A program made the translations under genes and the position numbers. A DNA stretch of 64,000 nucleotides from Elusimicrobiota bacterium. Its GTDB lineage: Bacteria > Elusimicrobiota > Elusimicrobia > UBA1565. The notes beneath the pieces were generated by a model. It saw nothing but the letters and a program-made list of their open reading frames with translations, did no database searches and was not told the origin of the DNA. The stretch covers positions 1-64,000 of the forward strand of contig JBDRPD010000013.1 in assembly GCA_043827405.1 (NCBI GenBank), in the 5' to 3' direction. Positions 9,205 to 18,182 of this stretch are shown piece by piece (within the stretch, counting starts at the first letter, position 1; each line of letters starts with the position of its first letter).

Positions 9205-9788
9205 CGCCACGCCTCCGGATGCTTGGTGCAGACGGCGTGCACCTCGGGCAAAAGCGGCTTGAAGCGCTCGATACGATCCGCCGGATAACCCTCGAGCTCG
9301 GGCGAAACCAGGCAGACCTTGAAGTCCCGGCCGAGCTCCCGCGCCAGGGCGGCCGCCGGCGGCTCGCCGCTGAAGCAGTCGAGCCAGACCCAATCCGCCT
9401 TGCCCGCGAAGCGCCGGGCGGCCTCGGCGGTCTCGTACTCCGAGACGCGCAGCGCGACCCGCCGTTCGCCGCCCCGCATCGCCAGGCGCACCGTCGAAGG
9501 CAGGGTCAGGTCGAGGAAAAAGAAATTCTCAATATCGCGCTCTTTGAGCAGCGCCAGCATCTCGGCGTCGAGGCCGTCTTCCTTGGGGTTGAGGATCAGC
9601 AGGCGCTCGCGGCGGCAGCGCGCGTAGACGTCGAGGAACTCCGCCAGCCCGGGGCCGTCGCGGTGCGCCTCGTGATGGAGAATCAGCGTGCCGCCCCGGG
9701 AGCGGATATCGATCTCCGCTCCGAGATCGCCGGGAAGCGCGGCGATGCGTTCAAGGTCGTTAACCCGGTGGCTCACCCATTCGATCAT
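9201..9788 (-). CDS. PI-PLC/glycerophosphodiester phosphodiesterase-like protein
   Basis: SHRVN...GAEIDIRS...ILHH, LNPKEDG, NFFFLD, RVSEYE, WVWLDCF, CLVSPEL, AVCTK. Confidence 0.72.
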   Translation of the reverse strand: MIEWVSHRVNDLERIAALPGDLGAEIDIRSRGGTLILHHEAHRDGPGLAEFLDVYARCRRERLLILNPKEDGLDAEMLALLKERDIENFFFLDLTLPSTVRLAMRGGERRVALRVSEYETAEAARRFAGKADWVWLDCFSGEPPAAALARELGRDFKVCLVSPELEGYPADRIERFKPLLPEVHAVCTKHPEAWR

Positions 9789-10047
9789 GCGGGGTTCCAT
9801 GTATAGATGATAAATTCTCCGATCCGGCGTTCCAAGCGGAATTTCTCCCGCAGCCACCGGTCGAGGCACTTCATCTCGGCCGGCACGCAGGCCGCCATGA
9901 GCGCGTTCATGCAGCCGGCCAGCGCCGCGAACGAGACGTAGTGCGCGCCGAACAGCCAGAAGAACAGTTCTACCGCCCAGCACAAAAACGGGCCGACGAG
10001 CGAGCAGAAGCGGACAGCGCGAGGATCCCCCCCCGGACGCGCGTCAT
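9785..10047 (-). pseudogene. Small membrane protein (GtrA-like?) whose ATG is out of frame across a G8 tract
   Basis: The ATG at 10047 reads into a stop after 25 codons; one extra G in the tract (C8 at 10027-10034 on +) joins it to the hydrophobic ORF 9785..9985. Confidence 0.4.
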
Positions 10048-10051
10048 AACA

Positions 10052-11329
10052 TCAACCGATAAGAACCCCGGCGATGGTCGCCGTCATAAACGACGCCAGG
10101 GCGCCCGCGATCAGCGCCCGCGGCGCGATGCGCGCCAGGTCCTGACGGCGGTTGGGCGCGATGCTGCCGATACCGCCGATCTGGATGCCGATGCTGCTCA
10201 CATTGGCGAAACCGCACAGCGCATAGGACGCGATTATCGCCGAGCGCGGCGAGACGAACGTCTTGGCCGCCTCCGCCAGGTCGACATAAGCGACGAACTC
10301 ATTGATCATAATCTTGGTGCCGAGCAGATGGCCGAAAGCCACCACGTCGGCCGCGGGCACGCCCATAAGCCAGGCGAGCGGAGCGCCGAGCCAGCCCAGC
10401 ACGATATTGAGCGTCAGCGGCTTGTCCATGAAGGACGTGGCCAACCCCAAAAGCCCGTCGCACAGCGCGACCAAAGCGATGAAGGCGATCAGCATCGCGC
10501 CGACATTGAGCGCCAGCTCAAGGCCCTTAAGCGTGCCGTTGGCCGCGGCGTCGACGATATTGGCGTCGGTGACGGGGACATCCAGCTTAACCTTCCCTTC
10601 GGTTTTGGACTTCTCGGTCTCGGGGAAAATAATCTTGGCCATAACCAGCGCCGCCGGCGCCGACATAATGCTCGCCGTCATGAGATGGCCCGCGATCCCG
10701 GGAATCACATCCTTGAGGAATCCGACATAGGCCGCCATGACGCCGCCGGCCACGGTGGCAAAACCGCCGGCCATGACGGCATTGAGCTCGGACTTGGTCA
10801 TGGACGCCACATAGGGACGCACCACGAGCGGCGCCTCGGTCTGGCCGACGAAAATATTCGCCGCGACCGACAGCGATTCGCTGCCGCTGGTCTGCATCGT
10901 GCGGCTCATCAGCACCGCGAAGACCTGAATGATTTTCTGCATCAGGCCGAGGTAGTAGAGGATCGACATCAGCGCCGAAAAGAAGAGGATGGTCGGCAGG
11001 ACCTTGAAGGCGAAGAACGCCGTCCTGAGCCCGGCGCTGCCGATCACGCTCTTGTCCGCGGCCTCTACAACCAGAGAGTTGTCAATCAGCGCGCCGAAGA
11101 CGAAGCCGGAACCCTTATCGGCATAGGACAGCAAAACCAATACGACATCGTTGGCCGCGCTAAAAAGCGCTTTACCGAACGGCGTTTTCAATACGATAAG
11201 GCCGAGCACGATCTGCAGGCCGACGCCCCAGGCGACCGTGGTGAGGTTGATCTTCTTGCGGTTGTTCGACAATATATAGGCTATCCCCAGCAGACCGGCG
11301 ATCCCGATGATTCCTCGTAAAATGTGCAC
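10052..11329 (-). CDS. nupC: Concentrative nucleoside transporter (NupC/CNT family)
   Basis: ANIFVGQTEAPL, GFATVAGGV, KIIFPETE, GTKIMINEFVAY, YALCGFAN motifs. Confidence 0.92.
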   Translation of the reverse strand: MHILRGIIGIAGLLGIAYILSNNRKKINLTTVAWGVGLQIVLGLIVLKTPFGKALFSAANDVVLVLLSYADKGSGFVFGALIDNSLVVEAADKSVIGSAGLRTAFFAFKVLPTILFFSALMSILYYLGLMQKIIQVFAVLMSRTMQTSGSESLSVAANIFVGQTEAPLVVRPYVASMTKSELNAVMAGGFATVAGGVMAAYVGFLKDVIPGIAGHLMTASIMSAPAALVMAKIIFPETEKSKTEGKVKLDVPVTDANIVDAAANGTLKGLELALNVGAMLIAFIALVALCDGLLGLATSFMDKPLTLNIVLGWLGAPLAWLMGVPAADVVAFGHLLGTKIMINEFVAYVDLAEAAKTFVSPRSAIIASYALCGFANVSSIGIQIGGIGSIAPNRRQDLARIAPRALIAGALASFMTATIAGVLIG

Positions 11330-11516
11330 GCGGCAGCCTCTTTGGATGCGGAATTGGGAAATTATACCCGATTGCGAAGAAACGAACAACTTAACCTTTA
11401 AATGGCTTCTATAGGTAAAATATAGCACCAACATACAACGTATAACATATAAACAACACTAAATGATAAATAACAAGCACTAATGGTTAATAAAATTGAA
11501 ATTAGCACAAATATCA

Positions 11517-11545
11517 TTGACTGGCGGTTGGTTTTGTATTAACAT
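11517..11545 (+). promoter_or_regulatory. Sigma70-type promoter for parAB
   Basis: TTGACT (11517-22), 17-nt spacer, TAACAT (11540-45) in an AT-rich intergenic region. Confidence 0.55.
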
Positions 11546-11563
11546 TACATGGTCATAAAAATA

Positions 11564-11579
11564 ATTTTCACGTGAAAAC
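11564..11579. promoter_or_regulatory. parS-like site 1
   Basis: Palindrome TTTTCACGTGAAAA; 12/16 match to the parS consensus TGTTTCACGTGAAACA; just upstream of the parA ATG. Confidence 0.65.
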
Positions 11580-11585
11580 ATAAAA

Positions 11586-12371
11586 ATGTCAGAAATAATT
11601 GCTATCGCCAATCAAAAAGGCGGGGTTGGAAAGTCAACGACCTCAATAAACCTCTCTGCGGCCATCGCGCATTGCGGCCAGGATTGCCTGATAATTGACC
11701 TCGACCCGCAGGGAAACACCACATCTGGACTCGGCTTAAACAAGTCCGAGGTGACCCATGGCATCTACAATAATCTAGTAGAGCAAACTTCTCCAGAAAA
11801 AACCATCAAAGGAACAAGCGTAGAATTGCTTGATATTATACCGTCATCAGTTGACATGATAGGCGCAGAAATGGAGCTTGCGGACCTGTTTTCACGTGAA
11901 ACAAGGATGAGAGAAACGCTAAAATCGATAAAAAACTCTTATTCATTCATAATAATCGATTGCCCGCCATCACTTGGACTGCTTACGATTAATGCATTAG
12001 CCGCCGCAAATAGTGTTTTAATACCAATTCAGGGTGAATATTACGCCCTAGAGGGATTGGCGCAATTTATTGAGGCGGTAAAACGTATCCAGGAGAGCCT
12101 TAACCCTGGGCTAAAAGTCGAGGGCGGCGTACTTACCATGTTTGATCCGCGGTTTACTTTAGCCGTTCAGGTAAAAAACGAACTTGGCGCATTTTTTGGA
12201 GACTCCCTATTCAAAACCTATATTCCGCGCACCGTCCGCCTGGCGGAGGCCCCGGGATTTGGAAAAACGATTTTCCAGTATGACCCCAGATCAAAGGGCA
12301 GCGAATCATACCTATCTCTGGCCGGAGAATTACTAACTCGCCGCGGCTGGAAGGGGATGCGGCTTAATTAA
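11586..12371 (+). CDS. parA: Chromosome partitioning ATPase ParA/Soj
   Basis: NQKGGVGKST deviant Walker A, DLDPQGN, IDCPPSLG, EAPGFG. Confidence 0.95.
   Translation: MSEIIAIANQKGGVGKSTTSINLSAAIAHCGQDCLIIDLDPQGNTTSGLGLNKSEVTHGIYNNLVEQTSPEKTIKGTSVELLDIIPSSVDMIGAEMELADLFSRETRMRETLKSIKNSYSFIIIDCPPSLGLLTINALAAANSVLIPIQGEYYALEGLAQFIEAVKRIQESLNPGLKVEGGVLTMFDPRFTLAVQVKNELGAFFGDSLFKTYIPRTVRLAEAPGFGKTIFQYDPRSKGSESYLSLAGELLTRRGWKGMRLN
11888..11903. promoter_or_regulatory. parS-like site 2 (inside parA)
   Basis: GTTTTCACGTGAAACA, 14/16 match to the parS consensus. Confidence 0.75.
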
Positions 12372-12385
12372 GCACAGAGGAATCA

Positions 12386-13273
12386 ATGAAGAGAAAAGCG
12401 CTCGGCAAAGGACTTGACGCCCTGCTTCCAAAGGTGGGGACATCAATGGGTGGAAACGGATCCCATGGCGACCTGCGAAAAGTATCCGTCGATTCCATCC
12501 GCCCAAATCGCCTGCAGCCGCGGAAGAATTTTGACCCGGAAAGATTAAGTGAGCTTGCCCAGTCGATCAAAGAACATGGACTAGCGCAGCCGATCGTCGC
12601 GTCATATGACTCCATATCCAACTCCTATGAGCTGATCGCTGGAGAGCGGCGATTGCAGGCCAGCAAACTGGCCGGCCTGACTCATATAGACGCGGTCATT
12701 AGAATGCCGAAATCTGATAAGGAGCGGTTATCGATTGCGCTGGCAGAAAACATCCAGCGCGACAACCTAAACGCGATTGAAACAGCGAAGGCATATAAAC
12801 AGCTGATGACGGAATTCGGCGTCACGCAAGCCAACCTCTCCCAGGAGCTGGGGAAATCAAAACCAACCATATCGAATACTCTGCGGCTGCTAGAACTTCC
12901 AGATGACATACAGAAAGCGGTACAGTTCGAGCAGCTCAGCGAGGGCCACGCGCGCGCATTGCTCATGGTGAAAGACGCCCTGGAACGCGATCGCTTGTTT
13001 AAGCTCGCCCTCGAACAACATCTTTCTGTCCGGGCGGTAGAGGGGCTGGCAAAGCAAATTGAGGAGGGGAAGCACCTCGCGGATGCATCAGCTCCGGCGG
13101 TTAAAATGAAGCCGATAAAGTCGGCCGACATCCTAACTATCGAGAAAAAAATAGAACATGCTCTTGGTACGCGGGTTGAAATAAAGACCAAAAAGGATGA
13201 AAAGAGCGGGCGCATAGTCATCCATTTTTACAGTCTAAACGACTTTGATAAAATACTAAATATCCTTAAATAA
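12386..13273 (+). CDS. parB: Chromosome partitioning protein ParB/Spo0J
   Basis: ALGKGLDALL, QPRKNF, LIAGERR, ENIQRDNL, GHARALL. Confidence 0.95.
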   Translation: MKRKALGKGLDALLPKVGTSMGGNGSHGDLRKVSVDSIRPNRLQPRKNFDPERLSELAQSIKEHGLAQPIVASYDSISNSYELIAGERRLQASKLAGLTHIDAVIRMPKSDKERLSIALAENIQRDNLNAIETAKAYKQLMTEFGVTQANLSQELGKSKPTISNTLRLLELPDDIQKAVQFEQLSEGHARALLMVKDALERDRLFKLALEQHLSVRAVEGLAKQIEEGKHLADASAPAVKMKPIKSADILTIEKKIEHALGTRVEIKTKKDEKSGRIVIHFYSLNDFDKILNILK

Positions 13274-13275
13274 TA

Positions 13276-14373
13276 ATGATAATTTGCAAATCACAAGCGA
13301 TCATTTACGGGCTTATTCTACTCCCGCACCTAGCCTTCGCCCAGTTCAGCAATCTCAGCCCAGACCCCTTCGATGCGCTTGATTCTCCGACCGAAAACGC
13401 TGCGTCCGCTACCGGCCCGGCGCCGGGAAATGCGCCGGCGGATGGGGGGTATTCCGACATCCCCGAATATCTGTCGCTGTCGGAAAACATCGCCGCCTTC
13501 GGACGCTTCGCGGATGGCGGCTCCGACTCCAACTGGTATATCGGCTTCAACAACGCCTGGATCGTAAAACTCCCGCCCGCCGCGCATGGCGACTATCAGC
13601 GCGCCTTTATCGGCGCGAAGATCGGCCGCGCCAAGACCCTCCCCAACAAGAAGCGTCCCTGGGAACGGAATGTCGTTGCCGGCAAGGTGTACATGGCGAT
13701 ATCGCAAAAACCCGCCTTCTCCGCCGAGCAAAGCTTCTTTCTCGCCGAGACCAAGGACATCCCCATTGAACAGGACGAAAAGATCAATCTTCCGGGAACC
13801 GGGCACTCGGAGTGGTTCTGGGCGGAGGTGCCGCTCAACCACGTCAGCTTCGAGTTTCCCAACTACCTCATTATCTGGTCGCCGACGCCGGACTTCCGCG
13901 GCGCCGAGCAGTCGCCGATTTTGGCCGCGGCGGACGCGGCCCCCGGCGAGAGCGGCGTCGAGCACCGCGCCTGGAACAACCATACGCTGACGGGCGTGCC
14001 GCCGCGACGGGAAACCGGAACGCTGCAGGTGCCGATTATCAATCTCAAACCGGCGCTGGCGATCAAGCTGACGCCGCCGCCGGGCGGGGGGGTCGCCGTC
14101 TCGGACTTCTCCATGAAGCCCGTCAGCGACGAGATGCTGTTCCGCTTTTCGGCCGAAGGCAAGAACGTGGAGCTGGCATGGATTGAGATGTCCCAGGACA
14201 AGCTGGAATGGCGGCGCATCTCTCCCTACGCGCGCCGGCCGCCGTATTTCTTCGCGCTCAAACGCCGCTTGGTCCCGGTGCGCGGGGCCTATTTCCGCGG
14301 CAAGGCACGCGACATCCTCTCCGTTGAGGGCCACTGCAAGGAGATATTCGTCCCGGGCGAGACGGCGCAATGA
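13276..14373 (+). CDS. Hypothetical exported protein
   Basis: Signal peptide ending AFA; coupled to parB and asd; coding-like codon bias. Confidence 0.7.
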   Translation: MIICKSQAIIYGLILLPHLAFAQFSNLSPDPFDALDSPTENAASATGPAPGNAPADGGYSDIPEYLSLSENIAAFGRFADGGSDSNWYIGFNNAWIVKLPPAAHGDYQRAFIGAKIGRAKTLPNKKRPWERNVVAGKVYMAISQKPAFSAEQSFFLAETKDIPIEQDEKINLPGTGHSEWFWAEVPLNHVSFEFPNYLIIWSPTPDFRGAEQSPILAAADAAPGESGVEHRAWNNHTLTGVPPRRETGTLQVPIINLKPALAIKLTPPPGGGVAVSDFSMKPVSDEMLFRFSAEGKNVELAWIEMSQDKLEWRRISPYARRPPYFFALKRRLVPVRGAYFRGKARDILSVEGHCKEIFVPGETAQ

Positions 14374-15395
14374 ACGTCGGCGTCGTCGGCGCGACCGGCA
14401 TCGTCGGCCGCGAGCTGCTCAAGCTCCTGGAGCGGCGGCGCTTCCCCGTCACCGCGCTGCGCCTGTTCAGCTCGGGTCGGCGCCGCGTCCGCCTGCGATT
14501 TCGCGGACGCAGCCTGCCGGCGCCGCGCGTCGACCGCAAGGCGCTGCTGGCATCCGATCTCGTCTTCCTCGTCTCCGACGACGCGGTAGCGCGGCGCTGG
14601 GCGCCGGCGGCGCGCGCCGCGGGCATCTGGACTATCGATGAGTCCGCCGCTTTCCGCATGCGCCGCGGCGTACCGCTGGTGATTCCGGAGATCAACGGCG
14701 AAGCGATCAGCCCCAAGACCCGCCTGATCGCAAGCCCCAACTGTACGGTCACCGGGCTTGCGGTCGCCGCGCATGCGCTCCACCGAGCCGGCGGCGCCCG
14801 GTCCGTACGCCTCGCCTCCTACCAGGCGGTTTCCGGCGCCGGACGCGACGCCCTGCTCGAGTTTTCCCAACAAGTACGAAACGCCGGCCGGCGGCTTCCC
14901 CCGGGAGAGGCGCTGCCGCGGCTGCCCCGGCAGCGCAGCGGCGTATTCCCGCAGCCGATCAGCTTCAATATCCTGCCCCAGGTGGGCTCCTTTGACGCCG
15001 GCGGCGAGAGCGGCGAGGAAACCAAGGTCCGCGACGAGCTGCGCAAGCTGTGGCGGGCGCCGGGGCTGCGCGTCGCGGCGACCGCCGTCCGCGTCCCGGT
15101 ATTTCGCGGCCACTCTCTCGCGGTGCTCATTGAGACGCGCCGGCACCTGACGCCCGGCGCGGCCAAACGCCTGCTGCGCCGGGCGCCCGGAGTCCGGCTG
15201 TGGGAGGGGGAAAAGTATCCTACCGTCCATGCCGTCGCCGGGAGCGCGCTCGTCCACGTCGGCCGCGTCCGCGCCAGCGGCGCGGCGCCCAACGAGCTCG
15301 CCATGTGGATCGTATCCGATAATCTGCTCAAGGGCGCCGCCCTCAATACCGTCCAGATCGCCGAATATCTCCTAAAGAAAGGCTGGCTGGCCTAA
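14370..15395 (+). CDS. asd: Aspartate-semialdehyde dehydrogenase
   Basis: GVVGATGIVG, SPNCT (catalytic Cys), YQAVSGAG, RVPVFRGHS, DNLLKGAALN. Confidence 0.93.
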   Translation: MNVGVVGATGIVGRELLKLLERRRFPVTALRLFSSGRRRVRLRFRGRSLPAPRVDRKALLASDLVFLVSDDAVARRWAPAARAAGIWTIDESAAFRMRRGVPLVIPEINGEAISPKTRLIASPNCTVTGLAVAAHALHRAGGARSVRLASYQAVSGAGRDALLEFSQQVRNAGRRLPPGEALPRLPRQRSGVFPQPISFNILPQVGSFDAGGESGEETKVRDELRKLWRAPGLRVAATAVRVPVFRGHSLAVLIETRRHLTPGAAKRLLRRAPGVRLWEGEKYPTVHAVAGSALVHVGRVRASGAAPNELAMWIVSDNLLKGAALNTVQIAEYLLKKGWLA

Positions 15396-17368
15396 GCCGA
15401 CTTCTTGCTCGAGGCCTTGGCCTTGTGCTCTTTCTCGTTGTGGACGCCGACGGGCGGCGGCGGCAGCTCATTGTCGATGTAGGTATAGTCGTGGAGCATG
15501 TCCTCGTACATATTCTGCAGGTCCACACCCTCGCGCCTTTTGAGCCGCCCGGCCTTCACCTGGGTCTCGATAGCGTGCTTGATCATCTTAACCAGCTCAA
15601 ACTCGCTGTACTGAATAGAGGCCAGAACATCGCGTACCGTCTGGCCGCGCAGCACTTCCTCGATGTAGTAGCCGCCCGGCTCCTGGTCGTCCCGGAAGAC
15701 ATGCACCTCATTGACCCGGCCGAACAGATTATGGATGTCGCCCATGGTCGCCTGGTACGCCCCCATGAGGAAAACTCCCAGGTAGTAGGCGCCGCCCCGC
15801 AGAGCATGCAGCGGCAGCGCCCGGCTCACCTTCTTGTCGCTGCAGTAGTGATTGATCCGGCCGTCGGAATCGCAGGTGATGTCCACCAGCGAGGCTTTGC
15901 GGTCGGGCTTCTCCTCCAGGCGGTGCAGCGGCATGATGGGAAACAAATGATCGATGGCCCACGAGTCCGGCATCGACAAAAAGACCGAGAAATTGACCAA
16001 ATACTGGTCGTAAAGCATCTTGGACAGATCGCGCAGCTCCTGCGGAATGGATTCGGCGCGCGGAATCAGCCGGTGGATTTCGCGGCACAGATTCCAGAAC
16101 AAGTTCTCAGCCCGGGCCTTGTCCTCCAAATCCAGGAAGCCCAGCTGGAACATGGTCTCCGCTTCCTTAAGCCGCTGCTGGCCGTCATGATAGCTTTCGT
16201 TGAGGTTCTCCACCGTGAGGCCCGAGATAATGTCGCGCATTTCCTCGACCACGCGGTTCTCCTTCGATTTTTTCGTTTGCGCGTCCAGCACCGAGCCCAC
16301 CGCGATATTCTCAAAGACGTTGACCACCAGCACGGCGTGATGCGCGGTCAGCGAGCGCCCCGACTCGGTGACGATATGCGGCTCAGGAACCTCTTCCTGC
16401 GTGCAGACCTCCTGAATGGAGTAGACCACGTCGCGCACATACTCGTCGAGCGTGTAGTTCATCGAGAAGTCGCTGGCCTTGTTGGTCCCCTCATAGTCGA
16501 CGCCCAGCCCGCCGCCGCAGTCCAGATACTCGAGCCCCACGCCCATCTTGCGCAGCTTGGCGTAAATGCGGGCGCCTTCGCGCACCGCGTCCTTAAGCGA
16601 CTGAATATTGTTGACCTGCGAGCCGATGTGGAAGTGCAGCAGCTTCACGGTATCCACCAGCCGCTCCTGGCGCAGGCGCTTGACGGCGGCCACCAGCTCC
16701 GGCGTGGTCAGGCCGAACTTGGCGCCATGGCCAGTGGAGGTGGCCCATTTTCCGCTGCCGCCGGAACTGAGGCGGCAGCGCAGACCGATGACCGGACGCA
16801 CGCCGAACTCGCGCGCGGTTTTAAGCAAGAGCTCCAACTCGTTGGGCTTTTCGATGACGACGATAATCTTCTTGCCGAGCTTGAGTCCGATGCAGGCCAG
16901 GCGCATCATCGCCGCGTCCTTGTAGCCGTTGACGATGGTGAGGCTCGACGGACTGTTCATGGCGAGCACGGCCATGAGCTCGCTCTTGCTCCCGGCCTCG
17001 AGGCCGATATTGAAGCGCTCGCCCGCGTCGAGGATTTCTTCAACGACCTCCCGCAGCTGGTTGACCTTAATAGGGTAGACGCCGAAGTACCGTCCCTTGT
17101 AGTTATGTTCCTTTATCGCGCTCAGAAAAGACTCGTTGAGCCGGACCACCCGGTCGCGGACGATATCCTGAAAGCGTATAAGCACGGGCAGCTGAACGCC
17201 GCGCGCGGTGATATCATCGACCACGGTCTTTATGTCGACCGAGCGGCGCGATTTCCGCTCGGACTTGAAGCAGAGGTGGCCGCGGTTGTTGATCTTAAAA
17301 TATTCCTGTCCCCAGCCCTTGAGGTTGTAGAGCTTGGCCGAATCCTTTATTCCCCACGGTGTATCCAT
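15392..17368 (-). CDS. speA: Biosynthetic arginine decarboxylase
   Basis: YPIKVNQ (PLP Lys), GLEAGSK, HFHIGSQ, DCGGGL, DITCDSDG, GAYQ..GDIHNLFG. Confidence 0.95.
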   Translation of the reverse strand: MDTPWGIKDSAKLYNLKGWGQEYFKINNRGHLCFKSERKSRRSVDIKTVVDDITARGVQLPVLIRFQDIVRDRVVRLNESFLSAIKEHNYKGRYFGVYPIKVNQLREVVEEILDAGERFNIGLEAGSKSELMAVLAMNSPSSLTIVNGYKDAAMMRLACIGLKLGKKIIVVIEKPNELELLLKTAREFGVRPVIGLRCRLSSGGSGKWATSTGHGAKFGLTTPELVAAVKRLRQERLVDTVKLLHFHIGSQVNNIQSLKDAVREGARIYAKLRKMGVGLEYLDCGGGLGVDYEGTNKASDFSMNYTLDEYVRDVVYSIQEVCTQEEVPEPHIVTESGRSLTAHHAVLVVNVFENIAVGSVLDAQTKKSKENRVVEEMRDIISGLTVENLNESYHDGQQRLKEAETMFQLGFLDLEDKARAENLFWNLCREIHRLIPRAESIPQELRDLSKMLYDQYLVNFSVFLSMPDSWAIDHLFPIMPLHRLEEKPDRKASLVDITCDSDGRINHYCSDKKVSRALPLHALRGGAYYLGVFLMGAYQATMGDIHNLFGRVNEVHVFRDDQEPGGYYIEEVLRGQTVRDVLASIQYSEFELVKMIKHAIETQVKAGRLKRREGVDLQNMYEDMLHDYTYIDNELPPPPVGVHNEKEHKAKASSKKSA

Positions 17369-17406
17369 GCGGCAATTATTCCATTTTCCCGACATGAAAC
17401 CAACGT

Positions 17407-17422
17407 CCTTTACGGCCGCCGG
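17407..17422 (+). repeat. 16-bp direct repeat, left copy (CCTTTACGGCCGCCGG)
   Basis: Identical to 19290-19305. Confidence 0.75.
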
Positions 17423-17519
17423 TTCCGGGTCCCGGCGAGAATCCCGTCAGCAATTTGTAGAATTATGCCCAGCCTGGCGCCGTCCGCTCGGGCGCATTCC
17501 ATACCGATAAAGAGGAGCC

Positions 17520-18119
17520 ATGTGCCGACCCTCCGAGGACGACACACGGATGGGAAAATCTAGAATCCTCACGGGAGAAGAGGTGGCGCCCTATCTGCCG
17601 CTGCTGCATGAATGCGGAAACCGCATCTTCGGCGAGGATTTCCGCTGCCGCTGGGAAGATATTTCCCATTGGATCAAAAGCCCGAACCTTGTCTACGTCG
17701 CCAAAATGTCTCCGCAACGCGACCGCCCCAGCGCCGTCGCATCCGCGCTGATTACTTCTCATGAGCAAAACAAAATGCTCCTCGATGGAGATATCCGCGA
17801 GTTCCAACTATCTCCGTTCCCGATCGGGGGCGGCACTCCGGCGATGTACTATTCATCGCTCTTCGCGGAGAAGGCGTCCGATCGCAGAGAGGTGCTTCTT
17901 GCCCTGCGCGCGGAGCTTCGCAAGAAATGGCAATGGAAAATCCCATGCGACGTCTTTGCGATCGGCTGCACGGCGCCCGGCAGAAGACACTTGCTTCGAC
18001 GCGGTTTCTCTCCGGCCACAGATTCGCCATTATCGACAACGGGGCCCAGGATGTATTTAGGCAAGCATCAGATCTACCGCCTTCGTGATTCAAGGCGCCG
18101 TTTCGAGTGGCTGCGGTAA
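17520..18119 (+). CDS. Hypothetical protein, possible GNAT-like fold
   Basis: RBS GAGGAG; C-terminal T.PGRRHLLRRGF resembles GNAT motif B. Confidence 0.5.
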   Translation: MCRPSEDDTRMGKSRILTGEEVAPYLPLLHECGNRIFGEDFRCRWEDISHWIKSPNLVYVAKMSPQRDRPSAVASALITSHEQNKMLLDGDIREFQLSPFPIGGGTPAMYYSSLFAEKASDRREVLLALRAELRKKWQWKIPCDVFAIGCTAPGRRHLLRRGFSPATDSPLSTTGPRMYLGKHQIYRLRDSRRRFEWLR

Positions 18120-18182
18120 GCTCACGGAACGGCTTAGCATGGGGAATCTGCTGGTGAAAAACGGCTGGAAAGGGAGGATCTG

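Noticed and set aside
11340..11372. GCATCCAAA upstream of nupC resembling the ECF -10 element
   Set aside because: No TGAATC -35 at the required spacing; a TATAAT box is present instead
15425..17563. 712-aa plus-strand ORF
   Set aside because: Antisense shadow of speA; long antisense ORFs are expected with high-GC codon bias; no motifs
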